In this document: in pieces, positions 1-9,081 of the stretch
Layout of the letters: every line of letters starts with the position of its first letter
Numbering within the stretch: the stretch's first letter is position 1
Assembly: GCA_028716745.1 (NCBI GenBank)
Contig: JAQUPE010000003.1
Span: 3,779 to 67,778 of the forward strand
Source: Minisyncoccota bacterium
GTDB lineage: Bacteria > Patescibacteriota > Minisyncoccia > UBA6257 > 02-FULL-45-10c
DNA length: 64,000 nucleotides
Direction: 5' to 3'
Position numbers and translations under genes: made by a program
Notes under the pieces: generated by a model
What the model saw: only the letters and a program-made list of their open reading frames with translations
What the model was told of the DNA's origin: nothing
The model's database searches: none

Positions 1-1
1 A

Positions 2-2353
2 GTTGACTTGAACGTAGTCGGAGAACTTTACGGATACGGTATTACCCCTCCGGTAGGAACTGGAGTTACTGCAGATGCAGCAGCTTTCAGAACTACTGAT
101 GATCCGTGGTATGATGCCGCTGAAGTTTTGGTTTCCACTGGTTCTATGACTGTCAGCACTTATACTGGAGTACAAGCAGCAAACGTTGCTCTTAACTTAG
201 CTGATCAGCCATTAGGTGGTTGGACAGTTGATGTTAAAGGTGAACCGATTTCTGTTGCGAGCATGGTGTTCAACCTCGGTATTACCGATGCTGACTCCGG
301 CTCTGAAGCTCATGTTACAAACATCGACAACATCAAATTGGTAAACGCAGCCGGAACAGTTTTGGCTGGACCTAAAGATGTTGCTGCAGTTTCCGATTAT
401 TCAATTAGATCTGGAACAGTTACATTCACAGATACAATTACCTTCCCGGTTGGTATGACTTACTTGACCATGAAAGGAAAATTGTCTGTTGATTCTGCGA
501 CAGATGCGTTTGAAAATAACGATACTGTCAGAGCTTCTACAACTCCTCAGACCGATTGGACCGCTGCTACTGGTCAGACAACTGGAAAGGCCATAACGAT
601 CTCTCCTAACTCTGCCATTAGCGGTAACATAATGACTGTAAAAGCGGCTACAACGACACTTTCTGTGTCTTCAGTACCGATAGCGCAGACCATTATCGCT
701 GGTTCTAAGGCTTTTGAGTTTGCCAGAATCATAGTCGATACTTCATCCTCGGGTGAAGATATTAGATTCACATCTCTTCCGTTGGAATATAACGGAACCA
801 CCGCTACAAGCTTGACCAATTGTCAGCTTTACGATGGTACGACATCCTTAACGACTAGTTCTAACATTAAGAATCCTACAGCACGCGCTTCCGCTACCTC
901 ATTTACTTTTGACGGTACTGGACTCGTTGTGACAAAAGGCTCTTCCAAACAATTGTCTGTGAAGTGCGATTTGTCCGCGAGCGACACTTCTGGAATCTTC
1001 CAGTGGGGTCTTGATGCGGCTCAGACGTATTCTGCTACCGGATTAACTTCTGGTCAGAGCGCTGGATTCACAGTGGTTTCAAGCGTAGGACAAGCTATGA
1101 CTTCTTCTGCGGGTGGAACAATGACTGTCGCTTTGGACTCTGGTTCTCCTTCTTATAAGCTCGTTGCTCCTGGTCAAACAGTTGAGCTCAGCAGATTAAG
1201 ATTGACAGCCACCAACGAAGACATTGCATTGAAGCAAATTGGTTTGCAATTGACTGACACAGCTTCTAACTCTCCTATAGATTTGGTTGATCAAAAGATC
1301 ACCATCTGGGATGTTACCAGCGGTACAGCCGTTCAAATCGGTGAAGCTACAATTTCTGCTTCTGGAACCTATGCGGACTTCGCTACTTCTTCTGCAATCT
1401 CCAATCTTACGATTGCGAAAGGAGGATACAAAGTTATCGCTCTTAAGGGAACCATTAACTCTATGTCTTCTACTGGAAACTTGACTTCCTCTGGTCACCT
1501 CTTGAAGGTTGACTACGATGCAGGTAACAGAGGCGAGACTGGAATCTATGGAACAGGAGTTTCTTCCGGAACGACCATTTCCCCGACAGCAGAAACAGAT
1601 TCTGCTTCCAAGGGAGTTCGTATCGTGAAGGCATATCCTTCGTTCTCTACAGCTTCTCTTCCGACATCCAATCCTAGATTGTCTGCCGGAAACACAGATG
1701 GCGTGAAGCTTTATCGCTTCAAGGTCACTGCGAACAACGGAGATGTTGCTCTTAACAAGTTCACATTCAGCGTTTCCTCTTCCAGCTTAATGGCCACAAC
1801 TACCAAATATGCGTTGTATCAATTTGATTCCGCTTTTGGTTCAGTTGATGATTCATTTGCTGCGAACGGTTTGTTGAATGCCGGACCTTGCAACAACGGT
1901 CTCTATCAGGCGACAACAACAGCTATCGTCCCTGGTCAGATATACCCAGCTCCGTCTGTAATTGAAATCTACATGGATAAGACCGGTTGCAGCGCAGGAA
2001 CAACCACTTTGGTTATTCCAGCCGGTGTTACCAAAGGTTTCGAATTGAGAGCCACAGTAAACTCTGTTGAAAGCGGAACTACTTCCACCGATCAGATTAC
2101 TGTTGACTTGCTTGGAGATGCTTACTTCCCAGTAATAATGCAGGGAGGTATGGCCGGTATCATGATGTCTTCTTCCACGATCTTCAACGACACTGCTTCA
2201 GTACAGGATCAGGCGAACAACAATTTTGTTTGGTCTCCTATTTCCACAACATCTGAAAGCGGAGTTGGCGATCAGGACTTCACAAACGGTTATGGAGTCA
2301 CTGGATTAGATCCATCAGGTATGGGTTCTGTATCTCTTAACAGCCCGTCATAA
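2..2353 (+). CDS. Large Ser/Thr/Gly-rich secreted or surface protein (S-layer/adhesin-like, multi beta-sandwich). It is 5'-partial: the frame is open to the window edge.
   Basis: 781-aa ORF with no stop upstream in frame. Composition is dominated by T/S/G/A/V with very few charged runs. Repeated ~90-aa segments look like Ig-like modules. A strong terminator follows it. Confidence 0.5.
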   Translation, partial: VDLNVVGELYGYGITPPVGTGVTADAAAFRTTDDPWYDAAEVLVSTGSMTVSTYTGVQAANVALNLADQPLGGWTVDVKGEPISVASMVFNLGITDADSGSEAHVTNIDNIKLVNAAGTVLAGPKDVAAVSDYSIRSGTVTFTDTITFPVGMTYLTMKGKLSVDSATDAFENNDTVRASTTPQTDWTAATGQTTGKAITISPNSAISGNIMTVKAATTTLSVSSVPIAQTIIAGSKAFEFARIIVDTSSSGEDIRFTSLPLEYNGTTATSLTNCQLYDGTTSLTTSSNIKNPTARASATSFTFDGTGLVVTKGSSKQLSVKCDLSASDTSGIFQWGLDAAQTYSATGLTSGQSAGFTVVSSVGQAMTSSAGGTMTVALDSGSPSYKLVAPGQTVELSRLRLTATNEDIALKQIGLQLTDTASNSPIDLVDQKITIWDVTSGTAVQIGEATISASGTYADFATSSAISNLTIAKGGYKVIALKGTINSMSSTGNLTSSGHLLKVDYDAGNRGETGIYGTGVSSGTTISPTAETDSASKGVRIVKAYPSFSTASLPTSNPRLSAGNTDGVKLYRFKVTANNGDVALNKFTFSVSSSSLMATTTKYALYQFDSAFGSVDDSFAANGLLNAGPCNNGLYQATTTAIVPGQIYPAPSVIEIYMDKTGCSAGTTTLVIPAGVTKGFELRATVNSVESGTTSTDQITVDLLGDAYFPVIMQGGMAGIMMSSSTIFNDTASVQDQANNNFVWSPISTTSESGVGDQDFTNGYGVTGLDPSGMGSVSLNSPS

Positions 2354-2376
2354 ACCTAGTCTTGAGCTAGTACAAG

Positions 2377-2400
2377 AAACCCCCGTAAGGGGGTTTTTTG
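2377..2400 (+). terminator. Rho-independent terminator (CCCCC-GTAA-GGGGG followed by TTTTTT)
   Basis: Perfect 5-bp GC stem, tetraloop and U-tract lie 24 nt downstream of the stop of the surface-protein gene. Confidence 0.65.
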
Positions 2401-2401
2401 T

Positions 2402-2429
2402 TTGTCTATTTTTTAAATTTTGCTATAAT
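2402..2429 (+). promoter_or_regulatory. Candidate sigma70-like promoter TTGTCT-16nt-TATAAT upstream of the TPR gene
   Basis: TTGTCT at 2402-2407 and TATAAT at 2424-2429 with a 16-nt spacer, about 10 nt before the ATG at 2440. Confidence 0.3.
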
Positions 2430-2439
2430 AGTTATCAAT

Positions 2440-3210
2440 ATGAAAACAAAAACAACCATCATAATTTTAGCGGTATTAATTTTGGTCGCAGGAGCGTCTT
2501 GGCTTATTTATAAAGATTTATCCAATAAGGAACCTCAGGCGCAGGAAGCAGAAAATACAGCATCTACAACAGAGTCTAATAGTCAGGCAGAGCAGATTGC
2601 CGAAAATGAAGCTTATCAAGCTTTGGCCAATGAGATAATCTCTCATCCAATAGCTTTTGGAAAGGACGTATCCGAGGCCGATAAACAGAGGTATACAAAA
2701 AAGATTAATGAAATTAAGGAGTCTATCAGGAAAAATTTCGATTATGATCTCGTTTGGCTGGATTTGGGAAATTATTTGAAAGCCGCCGGTGATTATAATG
2801 GAGCGATTGAAGCCTTTAATTTTGTCGGCAAGATTCGTCCGGAAAGCTATGTTTGCTTCCATAATTTGGGAGATTTGTACGGATTTTATCTGAAAAATTA
2901 TCCTAAGGCGGAAGAGAGTTTTTTGAAGGCGATTAAAAATGAGCCAGCCAGCGCAGACAGCTATGTTTTACTGACACAAGTTTATTATTCTTATGAGGCA
3001 GGCAAGGCGAAGATAGAGCCTCTATTGTTGAAGGGAATTAAAAGCAATCCGACTAATGCTAGCTTAAAAATCATGCTGGGTGAATATTATAATCGGGAAG
3101 GAAACAATGTTGAGGCTTTAAAATATTTTGAGGAGGCGTTTAAATCAGATCCGACAAACACGGCCTTAAAGGAGGATATAGAGAAGCTGAAAGCTTTGAT
3201 AGGATTGTAA
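2440..3210 (+). CDS. TPR-repeat protein with N-terminal membrane anchor
   Basis: The ORF-track start at 2398 is unlikely. MKTKTTIIILAVLILVAGASWLIY forms a TM/signal anchor. The C-terminal half has repeated A..Y..A/G..Y..G TPR-like helices (ALKYFEEAFKSDPTN). Confidence 0.55.
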   Translation: MKTKTTIIILAVLILVAGASWLIYKDLSNKEPQAQEAENTASTTESNSQAEQIAENEAYQALANEIISHPIAFGKDVSEADKQRYTKKINEIKESIRKNFDYDLVWLDLGNYLKAAGDYNGAIEAFNFVGKIRPESYVCFHNLGDLYGFYLKNYPKAEESFLKAIKNEPASADSYVLLTQVYYSYEAGKAKIEPLLLKGIKSNPTNASLKIMLGEYYNREGNNVEALKYFEEAFKSDPTNTALKEDIEKLKALIGL

Positions 3211-3915
3211 TTATTTGCGGAAAATTAATTTCCAAGGCATCAAAATGGCTTCCGATATTATATTGGAAGTCATTTTTGATTTTCCGTTGCTTCGTTCATC
3301 GAAGAAAATCGGGATTTCTTTTATTTGCGCGTTATTTTTGAGAAGATAATATTTTAGGCTAAATATGAAAGCGTATCCCTTAGGGCTCAATAAATCGAGA
3401 TCTATTCTTTTGAGAACGTTTGTTTTAATCAGATTATATCCGGTAGTCCAGTCTTTTATCTGTTTTCCTAAAATCATTCCTAAATAAATATTTGCTCCGC
3501 GGCTCAGAAGTCTTCTGAAGAAATTCCATTTTTTTGTTATTTCTCCTCCCTTAATATATCTTGAGCCGATTACTAAATCGCAGTTCTTTGCTTGTTCTAT
3601 CATTGGAAGAAGCGTTTCTGGGTTATGAGATAAATCTCCGTCCATCATTATAATGTTTTCAAATTTTTCTCCGGAAAGTATTTTTTTAAATGCTGCCACA
3701 TAGGCTTTGCCAAGTCCTTGTTTTTCCGGCCGTTCCAAAAGAAGAAGATTGGGGAATTTCATCCGCATTTTTTTAATGACAGCGGCTGTTCCGTCCGGAG
3801 AGCTGTCATCAACTACCATGACATAAATATCCGGAACAGAATTGAAAATTTTTTCCAAAAGGATGGCTATAGACTCTTTTTCGTTGTAGGTTGGGATCAC
3901 AATTATGCTGGCCAT
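3211..3915 (-). CDS. GT2 glycosyltransferase, Dpm1-like polyprenol-phosphate mannose/glucose synthase
   Basis: N-terminal IVIPTYNE...VVDDSSPDGT...DGDLSHNPE is the typical GT2 DXD/DxxD arrangement of dolichyl/undecaprenyl-phosphate sugar synthases. The 234-aa size fits. Confidence 0.7.
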   Translation of the reverse strand: MASIIVIPTYNEKESIAILLEKIFNSVPDIYVMVVDDSSPDGTAAVIKKMRMKFPNLLLLERPEKQGLGKAYVAAFKKILSGEKFENIIMMDGDLSHNPETLLPMIEQAKNCDLVIGSRYIKGGEITKKWNFFRRLLSRGANIYLGMILGKQIKDWTTGYNLIKTNVLKRIDLDLLSPKGYAFIFSLKYYLLKNNAQIKEIPIFFDERSNGKSKMTSNIISEAILMPWKLIFRK

Positions 3916-3994
3916 AATAATATGAGTATTATAACAAGTTTTTTGAAAACATTGTTTTACCGGCGATTTTTGATTAGAATATAGCTATTAATCA

Positions 3995-5629
3995 ATGAAG
4001 CCATTAAGCTCTAAATTTATTATTTTAGCCGTTGCGGCAATTGTTGCCGCAGCCTTTTTATTTAGGATTATCGGAGTTGGCAGTCTTGATATGGCAGGCG
4101 ATGAGGCTTCTTATGCTTTCAGGTCAATCGGATATTTGGACTACATAGGCACCAGTTTTCAAACGCAGCCAGTAGAGTGGTTTAACGGAAAACAATTGCC
4201 TTTTTGGACCAAGCTTTCTTTTCATGATCAGCCGCCGCTTGTTTTTGCAATACAAAATTCATTTTTCAGAGTTTTCGGAGATTCGGCGCTGGTTGCCCGT
4301 TTGCCCTCGGCAATATTCGGCGCGGCTTCGGTATTTTTAATTTATATTTTAGCCAAGATGTTTTTAGGGGAATCACTGGCCTTGCTTTCGGCATTTATTT
4401 TTGCGGTTAACGGAGCCTTGGTTGGAATTTCAAGAACGGCATTGCTGGAACCGATTCTTTTATTTTTTATTCTTCTTAATATTTATTTATTTTTTAAATT
4501 TGTCGGTTCGCCGAAACGTTATTGGCTGGCTTGGGGGACGAGCTTAGGCTTAGTATTTCTTTCAAAGTACACGGGAGTTTTTCTTATCCCTATTTATTTT
4601 ATTTATTTATTAATAGGAGAAAGAGCGGTTTTTAAAAATTCAAAATTTTATTTGGCTTTAATAGTGGCTCTAATTTTATTCAGCCCGGTTATTATTTATA
4701 ATATTTGCCTTTATAAAGCGGTTGGCCATTTTGACTTGCAGATTTCTTATTTGCTGGGACAAAGCACTCCCGAATGGCAGAGCCTCATAGGAAAGGTTCA
4801 AAATCCATTTTCAGAAATAGGCAAGAATCTTTTGAGCCTATATGGCGTTCCGGCTCTAATTGCCGCGTTATTAGGAGCTATTTATTCGGCTTTTTCGTTT
4901 GTTAAAATCCGTTCGCCGTTTATTTTATTTTGCTGGCTATATATTGTCTCGCTGGTTTTGTTGCTTATAAAGATAGGATCGGCTCCGAGGTTTATAGTTC
5001 TTTTCGCGCCGGTTCTCATTATTTTTTCCGTTTTATTGATTAAGTTCATTTGGGGTTTGAAGGGCGGAACAAAATTTAATTATCTTTTTAAATTTTTAGC
5101 GGTAGCTTTTATTTGTTTTGAAATTTTCTTCTCTGTCAAAAGCAATTTTTTTAATATTAATAATTATGGAATAGCGAGCCTGGATAATAGCCTGAACGAA
5201 ATATTTAAAGGAAAGCAGTCGGCTTCAGTTCCTTCTTCTTCTAATTCTCATTTAAACGATGTAATTAAAGAATTTTCTCAGAAACAAAAAGGAAAGCTTT
5301 ACCCATTTATAATTGTTTATAACGATAATGTTGCCATGCCGACGCTGCAATGGATTTTTTATAGGCGTTTCTTTTATCACAGTATTCCGACTCTTTATGT
5401 AGAAGACTTTGTTAAAATGATCCAGGGAAAGCAGGTGGATTTGAGGGGATTCGATATTTATTTTGTTCAAAGTACGGAAAATACATTGCTTAATCAATTT
5501 AAGCTCGACAAGAAGATCGGCGCAGAGCTTGAGGAAAATCTGAAAAAAAATACTCAAAAGCCGCCGGAAATTATTTATGGCCAGGAGGGCAGGGAAATGT
5601 TCAGGATTTATAATTTTTCCTTAAAGTAA
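3995..5629 (+). CDS. GT-C fold polytopic membrane glycosyltransferase (GT39/PMT_2 / ArnT-like)
   Basis: About 11 predicted TM helices. A conserved acidic DE motif sits in the first extracytoplasmic loop (MAGDEASYAF), as in PMT/ArnT-family transferases. It is divergently paired with the Dpm1-like GT2 gene. Confidence 0.6.
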   Translation: MKPLSSKFIILAVAAIVAAAFLFRIIGVGSLDMAGDEASYAFRSIGYLDYIGTSFQTQPVEWFNGKQLPFWTKLSFHDQPPLVFAIQNSFFRVFGDSALVARLPSAIFGAASVFLIYILAKMFLGESLALLSAFIFAVNGALVGISRTALLEPILLFFILLNIYLFFKFVGSPKRYWLAWGTSLGLVFLSKYTGVFLIPIYFIYLLIGERAVFKNSKFYLALIVALILFSPVIIYNICLYKAVGHFDLQISYLLGQSTPEWQSLIGKVQNPFSEIGKNLLSLYGVPALIAALLGAIYSAFSFVKIRSPFILFCWLYIVSLVLLLIKIGSAPRFIVLFAPVLIIFSVLLIKFIWGLKGGTKFNYLFKFLAVAFICFEIFFSVKSNFFNINNYGIASLDNSLNEIFKGKQSASVPSSSNSHLNDVIKEFSQKQKGKLYPFIIVYNDNVAMPTLQWIFYRRFFYHSIPTLYVEDFVKMIQGKQVDLRGFDIYFVQSTENTLLNQFKLDKKIGAELEENLKKNTQKPPEIIYGQEGREMFRIYNFSLK

Positions 5630-6736
5630 TTTATAAACGCCTTCGGTTTCCTTAACCATTTTTTCAAGAGAGAAATTTTCTCTGATATTTTTTTGCGCTT
5701 TAGCTCCAAATTCTTCGGCTAGTTTGGGATTTGTTAAAAGGCGATTGATGGCATCCGCAAGCATCCCCGGGTTTTTTTGGGGCACAATTAAGCCGTTTTC
5801 TTCGTTTTTAACGACTTCGGGCATGCCGCCTGCATTAGTGACTATAGTCGGTAATCCGGCAGCCATAGCTTCAAGAAGAATATATGGGAGGCCTTCTTTT
5901 ATGGAAGGCAGAACAAAAATATCAAAAGCTTTTAAAAACATAGCATCGTTTCCAATAGGATCAACGATAAAAGTATTTTTTAAATTTAATTTTTTAATTA
6001 AATTACTCAATTTTACTCTCTTCTGTCCATCGCCAATTATTATGAAGTTTGCGGTCGGAATTAATGAAGCCGTTTTGATGAGGGCTTCATAATTTTTTTC
6101 TTTTGTCAGTCGCCCAATAGAGCCAATAAAAGGTAAATTTATATTTATATTCTTATTTTTACGTCCAGCATCTTTTTTAATGAATAGTCTGGAATTTTCG
6201 CGTGTTTCTAAATTGAAATTATTTATGCCGTTATGAATCATAGTTAATTTTTCGGCGGGGGCGATTTTATATTTAAGCGCTAATTGATAATCGCACCCGG
6301 AAACGCAGATTATTTTATCCTGAAACAAAGCGGCAATTTTATGAAGTAAAATATAAAACCAGCGGATAGGAGCGATTATTGCATTGTCGGGATTAAAAAC
6401 CCAGCCGTGGGCGGTAAAAACCACTTTAGTTTTTCCATAAATTTTTGCGGCGATAGCGCCGAGTACGCCTGCCTTGGAGCTGTTTAGATGAACGATGTTC
6501 GGGCGTTCTTTTTTGTAAATTTTTATTAATTCAAAAATAGCTAATATGTCATTGGAGAATAAAAATCCGCTATTATTGGATAGGTGTTTTATTTTATCGT
6601 TCTCTGCTCCTATGCCTCCAAATGAAACCTTTGTTTCAAAAAGGCTTTTATCCAAATTATTGGCAAGGTCAGTAACATTTTTTTGCGCTCCGCCCCAGCC
6701 GGATTTTGTAATAATAAATAGAACTTTTAGCTTCAT
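5621..6736 (-). CDS. GT4 family glycosyltransferase (GT-B)
   Basis: C-terminal EGLPYILLEAMAAGLPTIVTNAGGMPEVV is the E-x7-E/GT4 signature. The start was moved to MKLKVLFIITKSGWGGAQ (ATG at 6734-6736 on the complementary strand). Confidence 0.75.
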   Translation of the reverse strand: MKLKVLFIITKSGWGGAQKNVTDLANNLDKSLFETKVSFGGIGAENDKIKHLSNNSGFLFSNDILAIFELIKIYKKERPNIVHLNSSKAGVLGAIAAKIYGKTKVVFTAHGWVFNPDNAIIAPIRWFYILLHKIAALFQDKIICVSGCDYQLALKYKIAPAEKLTMIHNGINNFNLETRENSRLFIKKDAGRKNKNININLPFIGSIGRLTKEKNYEALIKTASLIPTANFIIIGDGQKRVKLSNLIKKLNLKNTFIVDPIGNDAMFLKAFDIFVLPSIKEGLPYILLEAMAAGLPTIVTNAGGMPEVVKNEENGLIVPQKNPGMLADAINRLLTNPKLAEEFGAKAQKNIRENFSLEKMVKETEGVYKLL

Positions 6737-6774
6737 TTTTGTGTTATATAAATATAACTTATAATATAACGTGT

Positions 6775-7956
6775 ATGGACAATGAAAAGCCACAAATAGC
6801 GGTTTTTTCTTTAGCTTTTTATCCTTTTGAGGGAGGGGCTGAAGTAGCTTGCCGGGAGATAATAAAGCGCCTGCCAAGGCTGAATTTCGCGATTTTTACT
6901 TATAAATTTGATATGAAGTGGCCTTCTGTTGAAGCGGACGGAAATGCCGAAATTATCAGGCTGGGGCTGGGAAGCAACGGAAAGAAATACGGCAGAATTT
7001 TGGATAAAGCGCTTTATATTTTTAGGGCTTTACGCGCGGCGGAAAAAGCTCATAAAGAAAAAAAATTCAAAGTGATCTGGGCGATAATGGCTTCTTATGG
7101 CGGAATCGCTGCTTTATTTTTTAAGTTGAGGCATCCGGAAATTTCTTTGTTATTAACTGTTCAGGAAGGAGATTCGGAAAAATATCTGGTATCCGGAAGA
7201 ATGGGACTCGTAGGTTTTTTTGGAAAAAAGATTTTTCAAAAGGCGGATTTTATACAGGCGATAAGCAATTATTTGAAAGATTTTGCTATTAAGCGCGGAG
7301 CGCGCTGTCCGATAGAAGTCGTTCCGAATGGAGTGGATATTAAAAATTTCAGCAAGAAATATTCCGAATTGGAAATTAAGGAATTAAGAGACAGGCTGGG
7401 CCTTAAAGACGAATATATTATTGTAACGACTTCCCGCTTGGTTTATAAAAACGGCGTGGATGTCTTGATTGACGCAATAGCGAAATTCAGAGAAAAAACT
7501 CCGAATGTAAAATGCCTGGTTGTCGGAGACGGGCCGGAGCGGAGTAATTTAGAATCAAAAATAAAGAAATTGGGAATTGAAAGGAATATTTTATTGCTCG
7601 GACAGATAGATCAGAAAGAAATCCCTCTTTATTTGAAAATTTCCGATATTTTTGCAAGGCCATCCCGTTCTGAGGGACTGGGAAATTCTTTTTTGGAAGC
7701 GATGGCTGCCGGTATTCCGGTTATTGGAACTCCGGTTGGGGGAATTGTTGATTTTTTGGTTGATAAAGAAACAGGATTTATCATGCAGGTGGACGATTCA
7801 AAAGAATTAGCCGATAAAATTGATTTTATAATTCAAAATCCCGAGCTTTGCAAAAAAATAGCTAATAACGGGCTTAAAATGGTTAAGGACAGGTATTCTT
7901 GGGATAAAATTGCCGAATCGTTCAGCGATATATTCAATAATAAATTAATTAAATGA
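6775..7956 (+). CDS. GT4 family glycosyltransferase
   Basis: SEGLGNSFLEAMAAGIPVIGTPVGGIVDFL motif. The start was moved to MDNEKPQIAVFS to avoid overlap with the divergent gene. Confidence 0.75.
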   Translation: MDNEKPQIAVFSLAFYPFEGGAEVACREIIKRLPRLNFAIFTYKFDMKWPSVEADGNAEIIRLGLGSNGKKYGRILDKALYIFRALRAAEKAHKEKKFKVIWAIMASYGGIAALFFKLRHPEISLLLTVQEGDSEKYLVSGRMGLVGFFGKKIFQKADFIQAISNYLKDFAIKRGARCPIEVVPNGVDIKNFSKKYSELEIKELRDRLGLKDEYIIVTTSRLVYKNGVDVLIDAIAKFREKTPNVKCLVVGDGPERSNLESKIKKLGIERNILLLGQIDQKEIPLYLKISDIFARPSRSEGLGNSFLEAMAAGIPVIGTPVGGIVDFLVDKETGFIMQVDDSKELADKIDFIIQNPELCKKIANNGLKMVKDRYSWDKIAESFSDIFNNKLIK

Positions 7957-9077
7957 CAAAACTTTTAATAACTACCGGAATTTTTCCGCCCGATATCGGC
8001 GGGCCGGCGGCTCAAATTGAATATTTGGCTTCGGATTTGGTTAATGCGGGGTTTAAAGTGACGGTTTTAACTTATGGATCGCCGGAGAAAAAGGAGAGGA
8101 ATTTTAAGCTGGTTAAGGTTTCAAGAAAATTATTGCCGGGATTAAAGCAATTGATTTTCGGCATAAAAGTTTTTTATCTGGCTTATAAGTCGGAAGTTAT
8201 TTATACGACAGATTTGTATTCTCCTGGATACTGGTCAATGTTGGCGGCAAAAATTTTAAATAGGAAGTTCGTTGCCCGTTTTGCGGGGGATTCGGCGTGG
8301 GAAACAGCTGTTAATTCCGGCCAGACCAATGACGATATAGTTGTTTTTCAGGATAAAAAATACAACAGCTTTATTGAAAAAAGAAAAAAACAAAGAGCCA
8401 ATATTTTAAAATCAGCCGATGCGATTGTGGCAGTCAGTAATTTTATGAAACATTTGGCGATGAAAATCGGCGTGGAAGAAAGTAAAATAAAAGTTATTTA
8501 TAATGCCGTAGATTTTTTGCCGGACATTCCGAAATATCAGGAGCCGGCTGCTCCAACCCTGACTTTCGTCGGCCGATTAACTCCTTGGAAGGGAGTAGAA
8601 ATGCTTGTTCGGGTTATGGCGGAATTGAAATTAAAATATAAAGATATTATGCTGGAAGTTCTCGGCGAAGGATCGGAGTTTGAAAATCTTAAAAATTTAG
8701 CTGAAAATCTTGGGCTTAAGGATAACGTAATGTTTCGCGGAAGAGTGAGTAAGCAGGAGGCGTTATCTATTCTTAGCCGTTCAACTGTATTTGTTTTAAA
8801 CACTAATTATGAGGGCCTGCCTCATACGGTTTTAGAAGCTATGAGCGTAGGAGCGCCGGTTATTACTACTTTGGTAGGCGGGAATCCCGAGGTCGTTAAG
8901 GATGAGGAAAATGGCTTTCTTTTGCCCTATAATGACAAAAGAGCGTGGGTTGGCGCTATCGATAGATTGCTGGGTGACAAGGGCCTGAGAAATAAATTTT
9001 CTCAGAATGGACTCAAAACATTGGAGAAGTTTAAGTGGAATGAGTTACTGAGCAAAACCATAGAAGTTTTAAAGTAA
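7953..9077 (+). CDS. GT4 family glycosyltransferase
   Basis: YEGLPHTVLEAMSVGAPVITTLVGGNPEVV motif. ATGA start/stop overlap with the upstream gene. Confidence 0.75.
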   Translation: MTKLLITTGIFPPDIGGPAAQIEYLASDLVNAGFKVTVLTYGSPEKKERNFKLVKVSRKLLPGLKQLIFGIKVFYLAYKSEVIYTTDLYSPGYWSMLAAKILNRKFVARFAGDSAWETAVNSGQTNDDIVVFQDKKYNSFIEKRKKQRANILKSADAIVAVSNFMKHLAMKIGVEESKIKVIYNAVDFLPDIPKYQEPAAPTLTFVGRLTPWKGVEMLVRVMAELKLKYKDIMLEVLGEGSEFENLKNLAENLGLKDNVMFRGRVSKQEALSILSRSTVFVLNTNYEGLPHTVLEAMSVGAPVITTLVGGNPEVVKDEENGFLLPYNDKRAWVGAIDRLLGDKGLRNKFSQNGLKTLEKFKWNELLSKTIEVLK

Positions 9078-9081
9078 AAGA

